A DNA stretch of 63,998 bases, filler included, from Octopus bimaculoides (GCF_001194135.2; 5 parts of 4 records of this genome joined end to end with filler, not necessarily neighbours in it); one strand, 5' to 3'; positions 24,931 through 39,300 are shown, counted from the first letter of the whole stretch. The notes: generated from the sequence alone by a model not told the origin. A program made the numbers and translations.

Positions 24931-25472
24931 TAGTCTAGAAAAAATAAGTCCTGGGGTTGATGTGTTCGACTAAATCCATTCAAGGTAATGTCCCAGCAGG
25001 GCCGCAGTGAAATAATTGTAGCAAGTAAAATATAAAAGATAAAATATATCATAACTGCAATCAAAACGTTATAGACAATCAAGAAATAAGACAACAAATC
25101 CTTTTATACATATTCCATACAAATCATGCGTAATTTGATAATACAGCATCGGTGGCGTATTTCTGCATAAATTATACACCGCATATACTAAATATACATG
25201 ATTGGATAAAATTAAACCGTTTAATACCTAATCGAAAACTGCTCACTATTAGCCAAATGTTTTTTTTTTAATGGACAGATAAACAGACGACAAAGTAATG
25301 AATTGGACCATGCCACTTTGTACCTTTCTATAAAGGAAATGATGTCCAACTATCACATAAATGAATTGCTATGTAACTCACTTGCACCTTCGTTTGCATT
25401 GCTTTCTAGATAATAGATGTACATGTGTGTAAGCATATATACATACATATATACATACATATATCCTACCCT

Positions 25473-25552
<80 letters not shown>

Positions 25553-26881
25553 GAATAATATAACATGAGGAGAGAGGATATGTGATTTTACTTGCAGATC
25601 ATATTGCATTTGTTTCTTCACCGCACATCAGATTTAAATGGTTGAGTTTATATCTATATACCATTATAGAACTTCATTCTTTATAATCAATATATAACTG
25701 AATACTAGTGGGACACATTGAAACTCCATGGAATGGAAAATGGAAGGTACCTATTTAAGAAACAAAGAATGATTTGCATGTTCATAGCATTCATAGTTTA
25801 GCTTCCTTTAAATATTCTTGATGTTCGACTACATTCATTTCCTCAGATCTCCACCTGTGTTGTCTTTTTCCTCTTCTTTTATGATATTTTCTCGCTGTTC
25901 CTCTCTGATCCGTGCTCTATATCTGTGCATCTTTTCCCTGGAAGTTTGCGACCAATTTTTATTGTGAATCAAACGATTAAGCTAAATTAAGCGTTATAAA
26001 CAAATATCAACTATTTAAAGCGATCAGACGAGAAATGATTGCACTTATGCGCATGTTTTAAGCGATTGCGGCTATAAAATAAATAGTTAAAAAATACTTT
26101 TCGCTATCAACACATCAACACCACCACCGCTATGTCTCTCCCTTTCAATATAACTACCTCCACTGTCCATCTCTCTCCATCTATTTTTGACTTCAGCTAT
26201 TTTTTTTTAACCACTTAAAAAGCATTTCTTCCCCACGGCACTACACGTCGTTACTATTTCTCTACCCTCTTTTTCTTTCGTTCTTCTTTTCTACCTTCAG
26301 TATATTAAGTGTTGTTGACAGCAAGGAGATCGTTGAACAAGTATATTAATATTAATGACTTTTCTCTAATTCTTCATCTCTTCCTTCCTCACTCCTTTCT
26401 CTCACTTTCTCTCTTTATCTCACTCTTATTCCATCTCAATCCACCTCTCTTTCTCACTCTTATTCCGTCTCACTCCACCTCCACTTATCTAACTAATTAA
26501 GGTATATCGAGCAAACGAAAAAGCAGATTCATATATAGATTCTTCAGCAACAACCATGTGTGGGCGCTTCTTCGCTTCGAGTGGAATACAATTGGTTCCT
26601 GAAGGATTTTTTTGAATACTCTGTGTATACGATGTACATTATTTTCCACCAATCAAACAATCAGATTCGGTGGGGACGCAGTTATGAATATATTGTTAAT
26701 ATCACAATAATACCATCAATTAACAGTAACAATAACGGAGGCAAGGCTGCCGTCGAGTTACTAAAAAGGCAAGAAATAATAACAAAAATAATTTTCTGAA
26801 TTTCTATCAAAATCGAAATACGAAAAACCTGAAGTCGACTTTGACAATGTAGTGTGTGAGTCAAGAGAAATAAAATAAAAT

Positions 26882-26920
<39 letters not shown>

Positions 26921-27368
26921 ATTGTATAAGAAAGGTAAAACACTCTCTTGAGTTTTTACGACTGTTTTTCTTTTTTTTTATTATTTCTTATCTTCATCAT
27001 TTTTGTTCTCCGTCTATTATGGTTTTTAGTGACCCGTATGATCTCTAGTTGTTATTAATCTCTAAGTAACCGACCGGCTTTTTTCTCTTATTTCATTTGT
27101 ATCTTTTATTTACGGAATTTTCTTTTGCTCTTTAAATACATACCATCACATACCAAAATAACTGGGAGCAAATTCTGAACTGTGAAAAGGTTGAGGACAG
27201 TTTTGAAGCCTATCTGTGGTAAGCAGTTGGTTAGTACTGCAATTTGGATTTCTGCAATATCTAAGTGCAAGTACAAATTGCATGAGAGAAACGAAACGTC
27301 TTTCTGATACCGTTCAAAATACCCACAAAGTAGTTGACCGTCTGACCAAAGGGGACCTAGTGGATATA

Positions 27369-28423
27369 CAGGGTGCGTAAGGTATTTGAGGACATACATT
27401 TTTATGGCATTGCTGCATTTGTTGCTAACTCTGTATAATCTTTGTTTCAGAAAATAATAATGGCATACCCTCAGCTTACTTGTTGTTATAAAGGCTGAGC
27501 ATAGCGATTTAGAAATATCTCGATTTTTTAAATTTGCCAGATCTTTCGTCCACAAAGTTTGAAAGGAGCTAGAGCTTGAAGATCGAAATGTATCGCCAGT
27601 ATCAAAGCATAAAAATCATTCTAGATACCCTGAACTCATCAGAAGACATGAATGTATCCAGAACATTCACTACATCAGGTTTAATAGGCTCTTAAACAAA
27701 CTGAAAAATGCAGCTGAAGGTTTGCTTTGGTTTTTCTCAAGCGTGATCAAAACGTTAACAGAAGAAATGATAGATGGTTAAGTGCAGACCCTTCTGAAGT
27801 TCCAAGTCTTATGCATATAAAATGTCGTGTCAGAAATGAAGAGGACATGTGATGCCTCCTTACTTCTTACCACAAGGCCGTAGAGTTAACTCTGCAGCCT
27901 ACACTAAGGTTCTGGAAATAATTTTTAAGCCATGGATAGACAGTGTATGCAATGGAAGGCCATATGTATTTCAGTAAGACTCTGCACTATCGCACATGGA
28001 CCTAGTAACACAGGAATATAAGGCTGAAAATTTTCATGATCACATAACCCCTAACATTTGGCTTCCTAATTCCCCAGATCACAATCCATTGGACTATTAA
28101 ATGTGGAGCGCCGTTGAGAGTGAGAGAGAGTGAGAGAGTTCAATGAACACGCCCATAACACCAAATACCCTTTGAAAGCTGCCATAGTCAGAGCAATGTC
28201 TAAAATGAACCAGGGCCACCTGATTTGAGCATGTAGATAATTTACATTTCATACAGAAGCAGTTGTTGAAGCTGAAAGTGGATTTATTGAATAAAATTTT
28301 AGAAAAGAAGGTCTATTTTATCCTCATGGCATTTTTTGATACATGAAGTTATTATCTGTTATTATATATCTCTTTTTTTTATATATAAACATAAATGTGT
28401 CCTTAAATATCTTGCGGACCCTG
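27369..28423 (+). mobile_element. Degenerate Tc1/mariner transposon of DD37D (maT-like) type with ~26-bp TIRs
   Basis: TA|cagggtgcgtaaggtatttgaggac at the left end and gtccttaaatatcttgcggaccctg at the right end. The interrupted ORF contains RRNDRW, FQ*DSALSH and WLPNSPDHNPLDY, with 37 residues between the second and third catalytic Asp. Confidence 0.9.
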
Positions 28424-28767
28424 TCTATGAAGCCCTTACTGTCGAAATAGGCGATTGACGTTAGATCCAGCTTCCGTCACAGACTATCAGAAACAAACAG
28501 ATCCTTGGACTGGAGGTAAGGGGTTCAACGATCTCCTTGCTGTCAACAACACTTCTTTTGTGATATTCTTCACTGGGGACCCTTGAAACAAACTGTGCAC
28601 AAGTTTTGTACATGCTCAGAATAATTCTCAGTACAATTGTAACACCACCTCCAATCTGTGCATTGATCGTCTTTATAGACACACGATAGAGTGTGTTTGG
28701 AGACACGCAAAGTGTTTGGCTCGCTCAATATCTTGTTTTTTACTGTATGTATGTATGTATGTATGTG

Positions 28768-28800
<33 letters not shown>

Positions 28801-28900
28801 NNNNNNNNNNNNNNNNNNNNNNNNNNNNNNNNNNNNNNNNNNNNTTAATTAATTAANNNNNNNNNNNNNNNNNNNNNNNNNNNNNNNNNNNNNNNNNNNN
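28801..28900. other. Assembly linker N44-TTAATTAATTAA-N44 (also at 41224-41343, 56034-56133 and 62788-62887)
   Basis: An identical 12-mer, giving stops in all six frames, sits inside four N gaps. This is not biological sequence. Confidence 0.95.
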
Positions 28901-28920
28901 GTTGGCTGTTTTCTACTCTC

Positions 28921-28954
<34 letters not shown>

Positions 28955-30248
28955 TGTATGTATGTATAGGTATATCTATCTATCTATAAGGTTCGCTTGT
29001 GGAGTCATATACGGAAGGTGACAACTATCATATTGGTCAATAGTAGATTATTAAAACGACACCAAAAAGCAATATATAGCATAATGAATTGTCACTAGAA
29101 TCTTTTGAGCGTCAGATAGAATGTCCTTTTGAATATGTGCGAACTTTGATGTTAATTTGCGATAGTTCTTTCTTCTATGTCAGCTTCTTGAAAAAGTCGA
29201 CATGTTACCTTGACTTGGATAAAAATTGACAGGATGTTATCCTGTAAAAATACAATTAATAAGGTCAGCAGAAAACATTTTTGCTTTTGCCGAAGTAAGT
29301 TATATGAAAAGTATAACGCATAGGTTTTCTCAAAGACTTCTCTAGAGTTCTTTCGTTGATCTGATGAGCGTGTAATTAAAATTCTTTACTTACATCTAAC
29401 ATAATCCGATTATTTAACGAAAAGATATCTAAATATTTTCTTATCTAAAACACCTTTTATAGGAATATTTGCACAAAGGAAGTATTTTGTGCGTAGTATA
29501 TCTTTCATTGATTGAATCAGCTATACTATGTCGTTGATAGTCAATTAACGACAAACTTAATAACAGGTGGCTTTCACAAAATTAGTGTAGAGTATCAGCA
29601 ACCAAGCTGTAAATACATGACGAATGAACACATATATCATGAGAAAACATTTAAACTTTGAGCTAATAGATGACATTCCAAGCATCCGTAACCCGCGAGA
29701 CACAATAGACAAGTTTCCCTTAAAATCAGACTCTTCTGTCTTAAAGAAGCTGATAGATAGGATTAAATCAATTAACGTAGTAGCAAGCATATGATAAGAT
29801 CACATGACAATGACCAAATTGCTTTTGTTCAAATTCATGCTTAACCTAGACTGAACGAGGAGTAAACATTAATAACAAGAACACATAGAAGTGTAAAATA
29901 AAATATTTGTAAAAATGATGGTATTTGGTTTAAGTTGCTAACATGACTTGCAACGTTTGAATTTCAACACGCAACCTTTGACGAAATCACTTGTAAAACA
30001 AATACAATATGATATAGCTCAATTACGGTTACACATTTAATGTAAGTGACCTTTGAGAAATTAATTAGATTGAATTCTACACTCTACAAGGAAATTAATA
30101 CTTTTTTATGAGTAATATTATTTCAATTATTGTTTTAATTACTATAGATTGTACAGAAACAGTTTTAGACAAGTATCGGTCTTACCATGTGTTCTCAGGT
30201 GAGAAATTCACTAGGTAAATGTACAATATTGACCAACATAATAATATA

Positions 30249-30372
30249 CGAGGGGTACCCAGAGGAAAACAGAATTTTGCAATGTTATTTTATTCATTTA
30301 GTTTAACATGTTTACACTTTTATCAGCTTCAAATATTCTCATTTTGAAGCAATGCATCGGTTCTGATCGTTT
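30249..30372 (-). mobile_element. Mariner 3' end fragment
   Basis: TA|cgagggg terminus typical of mariner TIRs. The minus strand reads RCIASK*EYL, resembling the mariner C-terminal KCIxxxGxYFE. Confidence 0.5.
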
Positions 30373-32397
30373 TCCCCAGCAGAAAACAGAATTTCACGGA
30401 AGCACACTGTTTCTTCCTTTCAGCCATCGGAAAAATCGACGAATAGGGGAGAAACACTGCAAAACAAAGACGCACTACGTAGCAGTACGACTTCAGCCGA
30501 CGACGCTGGTCGGCAGACTGATGCCCGAGGGTTGCAATAAGTGGCCTCTAGCGATGGAAACCCGAACTACAACGCGCTTATTCCACAGAGAACGTTTCCC
30601 GTTACTTTTGGGTAGTATGTTGTGATATGTTGTGCGATAGCATAGTATAGAGATAACATGCTTTTCGGAAGGATATATGACTCTAACATATTATCTTCAG
30701 CTCAATTCATTTTAAACTTGCTTCATTATAATCTTTTAATATACATGCATTACCGCATGTTTGGGGTGTAACAGAGAATATTTTCTACAAATGTTTAAAG
30801 TCCGAGATTAACTGTTGCTAATAAGATTATGTTTTTCTTTTCCGCTTATTAAGATCATCTCTAAAGATGACATTTAAAGAATAATATTTACTTCTACATA
30901 ATATTTTAATGGGTTTAAACGCTGATCGTCTGGTTGAGCAGATAGTATCAAGGGATATTCGTATTATAAGCTTTTATTTCTATTACAAACTGTACTTCTG
31001 TCAAGTAAACCATTGATACATATGGATGTAAACATTAAAATACAGCAAATCTCAAAAGATGAAGATGTTAGTCACATTAGTTTAATCTAATTTTTATATC
31101 CTTCTTACTATAACAATATTCCATATTTATGTGGGTATGACGAGAAGATGAGGCTATTCCTGCTGAGTATTCATATGCAGTTTACAGATATTACAAAAAA
31201 CACAATGAAAATGTACAGACATAACACAGCCACACATAAGCGTTCTTACATGTACATATATATTAACATACATATGCATATACAGAAACTGTTACTATTA
31301 TGGACTAACTTGGATTTTGATCTATTTATTTTAAAGTACTGCATTGTTCTGTTTATTTTTACTATGGTGACTGAACATCATCATGTGTTCATCCGCTAAA
31401 TGTCATAGTAGATCGGTGTGTGTATACAGATACATAAGTATTATTGATGGTATGTGTGTATGTATGTGTATGTAACAAGAAATACGTAGCAGCATTTGCA
31501 ATTTTCTTTACTACATACATATGCATTAGATTGTCCTACATAATTTTGCACAAGCAATGTCGTCCTACAGTGTAAGCAATAATAAACTTATGAAGGTCAC
31601 CATATAAATATGTCTGTCATTATTTCGTCTTCCTCCACAGCCTTTTGAAGCGCCGACAGCTAAATTATTTAAAGCAATAATTTGAAGAATGTACTCAAGC
31701 AAAAGTGGTCATTCACAGCTGCCTGCAAACTAAAAAGATACTAAAGGCCTTGGTGCAAACAAATTGAAAATAGGAAAAAAAAAAAAAAAAGATCCGGTGG
31801 TTATCGTTTCGATTCCTTGCTCAATGATCTAGACAAACCAAGTTGTCAAAGAACTAGGGAACATCACTCAATGATTTATGAAGCAAGAACTAACCAAAAT
31901 TAACGTTCTCGTATTGAGGGTTATACTAATATATGGAATTATGATTTGAGTATTTCGAAGGCCAACGATAATAGCCTCAAATTTAAATTTCATTTCTTTC
32001 ATTCTCGATACTATGTCTATTGATGTGCAGTTATATTATAAAGAAGTATGCCGCGAGGTTTCCACAAAGTCGTTGAACTTGTTAGAAATAGAAACTCGAT
32101 CTTCATCATATCTCACAAAACGAGCATAAAAAGAAGGAAAATACGGAATAATATAGGCTAAAAATTATATGATTTCGTTCATATTTATGCACAAGCAATG
32201 TCGTCCTACAGTGTAAGCAATAATAAATTTGTGAAGGTCACCATATAAACATCTCTTTCATTATTTCGTCTTCCTCCACAGCCTTTTACCTTTAAAACCA
32301 CGCTTGCTATCGTGTGAGGCATAGTTAGTGCCCAAAAGTCAAAAGATTTCTGTCAAACATTGAGGACTATCAACATGTAGTAAAAGAGTATATATAT

Positions 32398-32462
<65 letters not shown>

Positions 32463-33854
32463 NNNNNNNNNNNNNNNNNNNNNNNNNNNNNNNNNNNNNN
32501 NNNNNNNNNNNNNNNNNNNNNNNNNNNNNNNNNNNNNNNNNNNNNNNNNNNNNNNNNNNNNNNNNNNNNNNNNNNNNNNNNNNNNNNNNNNNNNNNNNNN
32601 NNNNNNNNNNNNNNNNNNNNNNNNNNNNNNNNNNNNNNNNNNNNNNNNNNNNNNNNNNNNNNNNNNNNNNNNNNNNNNNNNNNNNNNNNNNNNNNNNNNN
32701 NNNNATATATATATATAATATATTATATTTATACATATGTATTACACACACACAGACACACATATGTAGTTTGACGTATGGGTAGGTAGATACATAGATA
32801 TGTGTGTGTGTGCGTACATGCGTGTTTCTGTGTGTATGCAGGTACATAAGTATGTATGAAGGTATGTGTGTATGTATATGTATGTAACAAGAAATACATA
32901 GCAGCATTTGCAATCTTCTTTACTACATACATATGCATGAGATTGCCCTACATATTTTCAATATTAGGATAAAGCATTGGATTTAGCACTTTAATCATTT
33001 GTAGATAAAGTAAACAAAAACATCTATGATAACAACGTTTGTGTGTACGTGCGTATATCTATCTGTGTGTATCCGTGTGCGAAAGGAAATGAAAATGAAA
33101 ATTGTGTCCTTTGAGAGAGAGAGAGAAGAAAAAAAAATGAAATCTCAGATTGTTCAAGGAGATCAGCGAAGACGTTTCAGGATGAAAATAAAAAAAAAAA
33201 AGAAGGAAAAAGAAAATAAAGCGGGCTTGCAGCAGTGAATATCAATCACATTAGATGAAATAATGTCAGCAATGGAGTCCATGTTATTACAGAGAGACAA
33301 CGCAGATTATTATGTCTGCTGTGGCAAACATAATTTACTGAACACAATACTACAAAACATATTCTTAACAAGCATGATATAACAGTAAATTCGCAAGTCG
33401 ATTCTATGTTAAATGGTTTCGAACTATTGATCATTTCACTTTTTCTTATCCGACCTTCAATGCTTTTTTTGCCCATTATCTGCAAGTAAATCTGTTGGCT
33501 TCCATAAAATTTCCTATCTATTTATGTTGACTTTTTTTTAAACATTAAATTTTATTTTTTAAAAATACAATTGCTTCTTAATATATTCTTTCGTGTTGTT
33601 CGTTTTGTTTTGTTTCATTTCGCTTTCAAATTAACGCTTTAATACAAAATATGACGCCTACTGTTGAAATTACACGCGAAAACACACACATGCATATGTA
33701 CATATATAGTTAAGTTGCACACATACATATATATGAATTTGAGTAAATGTATATATATATATATATATTTCTATATCTATCAACATATATAAATATACAT
33801 ACATTCTTTCATACATACATACCTACATACATGCATGCATACCTCCATACATAC

Positions 33855-33921
<67 letters not shown>

Positions 33922-34198
33922 TGATTTTAATATTTCAGCGGCAACCGTTTTAGTTTGCATAACATATTAATTTTATATACATAGGCACACACATACACAC
34001 GTGAACACACACAGAGAAATATATATCGACAGGGAGAGTGACTAGGAATTAGTACTTTGCCACGAGCTATATGTATGTACATATATGTGTGTGTGTGTAC
34101 GTAAGTATGTATGCATATATATATATATATATATCTGTGTGTGTCTTTTGGTGTGTTTGTATGTGTGTGAGTGAGTGTGTGTGTGAGTGTGTGTGTGA

Positions 34199-34307
<109 letters not shown>

Positions 34308-34408
34308 CGCGCGTTACAGATTTTAAGTTCGATAGGTTTTTGAGCTTATATATGTACAATTTTATATTTCTCTGAGATAATAGGATACCGAAAAAGAAAT
34401 TAAGAGTA

Positions 34409-34448
<40 letters not shown>

Positions 34449-35672
34449 GCAAAATGACAGAGAAAAAAAGAAAACTTGGGGAAATAAGAGTAGATACCCG
34501 AATTTTATTTTTACGATTTTGAGGAATATATTTTGTTTTATTTTCATATTTTATATATCAGCGATAAACTTAGAAACAGATAAAGACATTCCATACAGTC
34601 ACATAAGCACTAACATGTCACAAACATTTTCTACATACGTCCAGACTATAAATTTAAGCTCAAATGCATGGTGAGTGTTGAGAATGTGAAAGAAACTTAT
34701 ATGTGCAAACATGCCCTGTTGCACATATACTATGTCTATGTGTCTATGCAGACATACATACAGACACACACACATACATACATACATACATATATACATA
34801 CATACATACATACATACATACGTACATAAGTGTGTCTTTGTGTGTGCGTGTGCGTATGCGTGTATGCATGTGTGTGTGTGTGTGTGTGTGTGTGTTGTGC
34901 AGCATTTATTAGACTGCTTAAAACATAGATCTCTTAGATCTAATTGACATTGAAGCCGGTGGTTGTTTGACAGAACAACCGAAGTAAAACTAGTAACCCA
35001 CGCACACCAACCACGCGTATGTGCACATATGTGTTTATATATATGCATGTCATAGCTATATACATATTTTTTCAGTGATTAGGTCTGAAAATGCGATAGA
35101 ATTGACTGAAGGAATGAACTCTAACAAATCAGTACAGAACACACATATACAGTTATATTCATTCCTTTATTTCTTATTAGTACTCTATACTATAAATTGA
35201 CAAAACGTTTCGTGCCTCTCAAAAATAAACACTGAACACATTCGAAATCAGTTACCGGCGATGTTTACACGCCTTTAAATGTTTGTTTCTATCTTTTTGA
35301 CATTTGTCAAACATTTTTGAATTTCTGAATTACGGTTGTCTTAAAGCGCGCAAACGATCAATATGTCTTTTGCGCCAATTTTCTATATTAAATAATTCTT
35401 TAGGATAACAATATCTATGTAAGATACATGTTTTTAATATGATCTTGGATTCATAAAATTCTCCTTATTGCTTATCATCGTTGAATATGGGTGTTCGTTT
35501 TTATGTGTGGTTTATAATTTTTTCTCATATGCATCATTGTGACTATGTTACAAAGTGATATTATAAACAAAATTGGAGGCATCCATAGATATATACGCCT
35601 TCTCAAACAGTGCTACTCTGGTATTAAGCAAAAATAACACCATCTGAATTTTTTTAATAAAACTCTTTGCTA

Positions 35673-35870
35673 TATTGGCTCAAGGCCAGCAATCTTAATG
35701 GGAGACAATAAATCGAATACATTGATCTTAGTAGTTAAATGGTACTATTATATCGACCTTGAAAGAATGAATAAAAGGCAAAGTTAACCTCAGTGAGATC
35801 TGAACTCAGGACGTAAAAAACCAGTAGAAATGCCGTTAACCATCTTGGTCGACACTCCGATGACTGTGTC
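35673..35870 (-). mobile_element. SINE family A, diverged, minus strand
   Basis: Contains aaggcaaagttaacctc...gaactcaggacg, the reverse complement of the family A core and B-box. Confidence 0.7.
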
Positions 35871-35884
35871 AGCATATCAAACTC

Positions 35885-36408
35885 TGTTTATTGATCGATA
35901 TGAACATTCCTTGTAATTATAATATCTTGGCAAAAAAATTTGACAAGCTCCGAAAATATAAAGATCTACTCATTAAAGTCGAAAAAATGTGGCATATCAA
36001 GACGGTTACAGTGCCAGTAATTGTAGGAGCACTTCAAATGATGAGAAGCAGGAACTCTAAACTATTTGAGAATTATCCTTAGCTAACTATCCACGCAAGA
36101 TGCGTAAAAGATTGTTCTAACTGGTATGTCACACGTATTGAGAAGAGCATTGTAGCTGTGAATTTTCTTTCTTTGTTTGTCCCCTTTTTCTTTGTTTTCT
36201 TTTTTTCCTATTTTCTATTTTTCTTTTTTCTTTATTCTTTCTTTCTTTTTCCTCTTTCCTTCTATCACATAAATTGACTTTGTAAATGAACAATCTGTTG
36301 TGTTCATTTTAATAGCCTACCAATGTATACAATAAGTTTCTTTGCCCTAGGTGTCAGGAAGATACTGGGCAAGAAATGGAAAACAAAATTGAAAGAATAA
36401 TAATAACA
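35885..36408 (+). mobile_element. R4/Dong-like RLE non-LTR retrotransposon, 3' fragment plus 3' UTR
   Basis: IDMNIPCNYNILAKKFDKLRKYKDLLIKVEKMWHIKTVTVPVIVGAL matches the RLE PD-(D/E)xK region (KxxKYxxL). The 3' UTR is also present at 39322-39516 and ends in (AAT)n. Confidence 0.85.
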
Positions 36409-36409
36409 T

Positions 36410-37430
36410 AGGTAGAAGGGGGTTAATGTGAGTAGAAGACTGCGTGAACTTAACTAGAGTAGATTTAGAATCCTAAGTAGGTAATAGTGAAGGAAGCTTG
36501 TAAAGAGCTGCTAGAGTGACAGTAAGACATAGGAAAACCAAAAATCCAAACGAAGTTAACAACCAGAAAAAAGAACAAAGGTTATCTGACTTGCAGGAGA
36601 AGGCGTTGCATGGTAGATTCCCAATGACAGTTGCTGCAAATAATAGTAGTGAGAAATAGTTACGGTCGCAGAAAGGAAGGCTGAAAAAGGAGACAGGAAG
36701 TTTGTTAGTAGCAGCACACAATCAGGCATTAAGGACTAATCGGATAAAAGCCAAGATAGAAAAAAACCAAAAAGATTCCCAATGTAGGCTATGCAAATCA
36801 AAAGATGAAAGCGTTACTCATATAGTAAGTGAATGTAGCATGCTGGCATAGAAAGAGTACGAGAAAACATGACATCCTTGGAAGAGTAATCCACTGAGAG
36901 TTATGTAGAAAGCTAAAATCTGACCATACTGATAAATGGCACGAACATGAACCTAGTAAAGTACTAGAAAGTAAGAAATATAAGATGTTGTGTGACTTTG
37001 ACATTCAAACTGACAGACTAATAGAAGCATGATCTAGTAGTAGATAAATAGAATAGAAAGTACCAGATAATTGACTTTACCATCACAGATGATGAACAAA
37101 ATCAATATGAGAGGCATGGAAAAATAGAAAAGTACCAGGACTCAGCCATTGAATTACAGAGACTATGGAAAGTGCTGGTAAATTATATCCCAATATGTAT
37201 AGGTGCATAGGGAATTATCCTTAAAGATCTGAACCGATGGATAGGGGAAATAGGCATAAAACCCGGTTCAGTATAGCTCCAGAAAATAGTGTTATTAGAG
37301 ACAGCTAGGATACTGAGGAGGGTTCTTTGCATCTAAGGTTACTTGTCACCCGATGTTAGGATTTTCTCTTTTCCAACAGTCTAATCTGTTGTGTGTATAT
37401 GAAAACAACAACAACAATAATAATAATAAT
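36410..37430 (+). mobile_element. R4/Dong-like RLE non-LTR retrotransposon, ~1-kb degenerate 3' part
   Basis: LHGRF...FVSSTQ/AAHNQALRTN, CCHC knuckle CRLCKSKDESVTHIVSEC, CDFDIQTDRLIEA, and KYQDLAIELQRLWK...LQKIVLLETARILRRVLCI*. Ends in an (AAC)/(AAT)n tract. Confidence 0.9.
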
Positions 37431-37449
37431 TACGTAATAATAATAATTA

Positions 37450-37985
37450 CCTACTACATCAAATACAGAATAAACAACACACAAGAAAGGAATAAGTGCA
37501 GAATTTTTGGAGAAGATGGTGAAACCGTATGGCATATTACCAGCAAATGTACGCCATTAGTCCAGAAAGAATATAAGAGACCTCATGACGATATAGCAAG
37601 GATTGTCCATTGGATACTTTGTTTGGACTTGACAGAGCAAAAAAGCGGTACGAATATAAACTCGAAGGCATCATAGAAAATGATCGTGCAAAAATCCTAT
37701 GGAATTTTATGATTCAGTGCGACTGTGAACTAGAGAATAGGAAACCAGACATAGTGATGAGAAAGAAAGCAGACGATGCTGGATCATAGACATAGCATGC
37801 CCAGCTGACAACAAGTTATGCGATAAAGAAGAAAAATAGTTGATAGATATGACGGTTAGCTTGAAAGGTTAAGCAATTGTGATCGCTGAAAAAGGTGGTG
37901 GTAGTAGTACTAATAACTGTCAGAGTCCTGGGAACAGTGAGTAAAAATCTTGAGAAGTGCATGGAACAAATAGGGGCTGCAATAA
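37450..37985 (+). mobile_element. Third RLE non-LTR retrotransposon fragment
   Basis: CRIFGEDGETVWHITSKCTPLVQKEYKRPHDDIARIVHW, KILWNFMIQCDCELENRKPDIV and VVVVLITVRVLGTVSKNLEK, covering the CCHC and RLE motifs. Confidence 0.85.
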
Positions 37986-38890
37986 GTGTGGTGTCTGTAT
38001 TTTTCTTTATGTATAATAGTAAGTTTGTGTTGTTTGTGTCTATGGCCGTGAGTTTTTTAGTGTTTTTGTTATTTTCGTTTACTTTTTGTGTTGACCCTGT
38101 TCTGCCTTGTACAGTTGGCTGTGTCTGTGATGTTGGTAGTGGTGGTGTTGGTGAAGGTGTTGGCAGCGTGTGTGTTGGTGTGTTGTTGCTTTCGGGTGAT
38201 TTTGATTGCTTTTTGGGGGGTACTGCTTGTTTATTTTCTTAGTATTTTACACGTGACGTCTGTCCACTCAATTTTGTCGGCCTCTCCGCACGACATTCCT
38301 CAGTGGTCAGAGTCGGGAAGGGGTAATTCAAGTGGGTCGAAATTTGCTGATGCTTTTTACTCCTGTGTTGTTGGTATTTTTGTAGGCGCTGTGGTGGTAG
38401 TTGTAGTCAGCACCTTCATTGTTGTTGGCGTTGCTGTCTCTCATGTAGTTGTTGTTGGTGTTTTTGCTGGCGCCCTCTCTGCTTTTTTTTCTCGAAAGTT
38501 CTTCTCCTGTTGAGGTAGCTTGTATTGTTGAGGTTGCTTCTGTAGTTGGGGGTGCTTCAGTTGTTGTGGTGACGATGGTGCTTGTATCAAGTGGCTAAGC
38601 CCTCCTTCTGGTGATAATATCTTGGCCTTCTGCTCTCAACAATGACGTTCAACATAGTACCGTCTGGAAAGTTGAGTTGGTCAGGAACTTGTTTCAAAAC
38701 GTCTTCGTTTATTTGGACCATTATTTGCAATTCCTGACCAGTCCAGTTGATTTTTCTTTTTTTCGTTGTTTCTCAACTTGTATGATTTTCCTTGATCTTT
38801 TCGTTTTCTTTATCACGTTTCTTTTCTTCTTTTTTCCTTTTGCTGCTTAGCGTTGCACGTGCTAGCAAGACTTAAGTCGTCCCTCTCTCT
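37986..38890 (-). pseudogene. Degenerate gag/ORF1-like region of a non-LTR retrotransposon
   Basis: The minus strand reads IMVQINEDVLKQVPDQLNFPDGTMLNVIVESRRPRYYH, resembling the VPDxL...VxVEGRxPxCxxC lead-in to a zinc knuckle. A T/P/Q-rich low-complexity tail follows. Several stops. Confidence 0.55.
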
Positions 38891-39243
38891 GCCTTTTAAG
38901 ACGTGGAGTATGCGGAGACAATTAATTTTGCACTTGTTGGCTGTCTTCCGGCAGCAGAGGGGGAAGTGAATAGGAAAGGAAGAACTGACACTCTTCTCCA
39001 AGAATATTTTTACAAATTTCAAAAATCAGAAAAGGAAAAAAATGGAGATTTTAAATTGAAAATTTGCCCCAAAAGGGAAAACTTTCCGCTCAATTGGTCA
39101 GCTTAGTAAGAGCCCAGTCGGCCTGGCCATAGAAATGTCGTAAAAAAATTGTCAGATACAATATTATCTGTAAAAATTGCACAAAAACTTACAGCTCACG
39201 AACACACGTCCTTCCTCTTTAAAATCCACGAGCAGTGTCGTCG

Positions 39244-39300
<57 letters not shown>

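Noticed and set aside
28461-28706. Fibronectin type III-like motif (SPNTLYRVSIKTIN) on the minus strand
   Set aside because: No splice sites or remainder of the domain; 32 bp of this segment recur inverted at 26308-26339, pointing to a repeat.
28845-28856. TTAATTAATTAA repeated inside four N gaps
   Set aside because: Identical six-frame stop linker centred in the gaps; a scaffolding artefact.
29350-29440. Hammerhead-like CTGATGAG...GAAA (also CTGATGAG near 5037)
   Set aside because: Stems II and III do not pair at 29350; no downstream GAAA/NUH at 5037.
35330-35400. Gypsy integrase-like RKRHIDRLR on the minus strand
   Set aside because: A nine-residue resemblance with no supporting flanking motifs.
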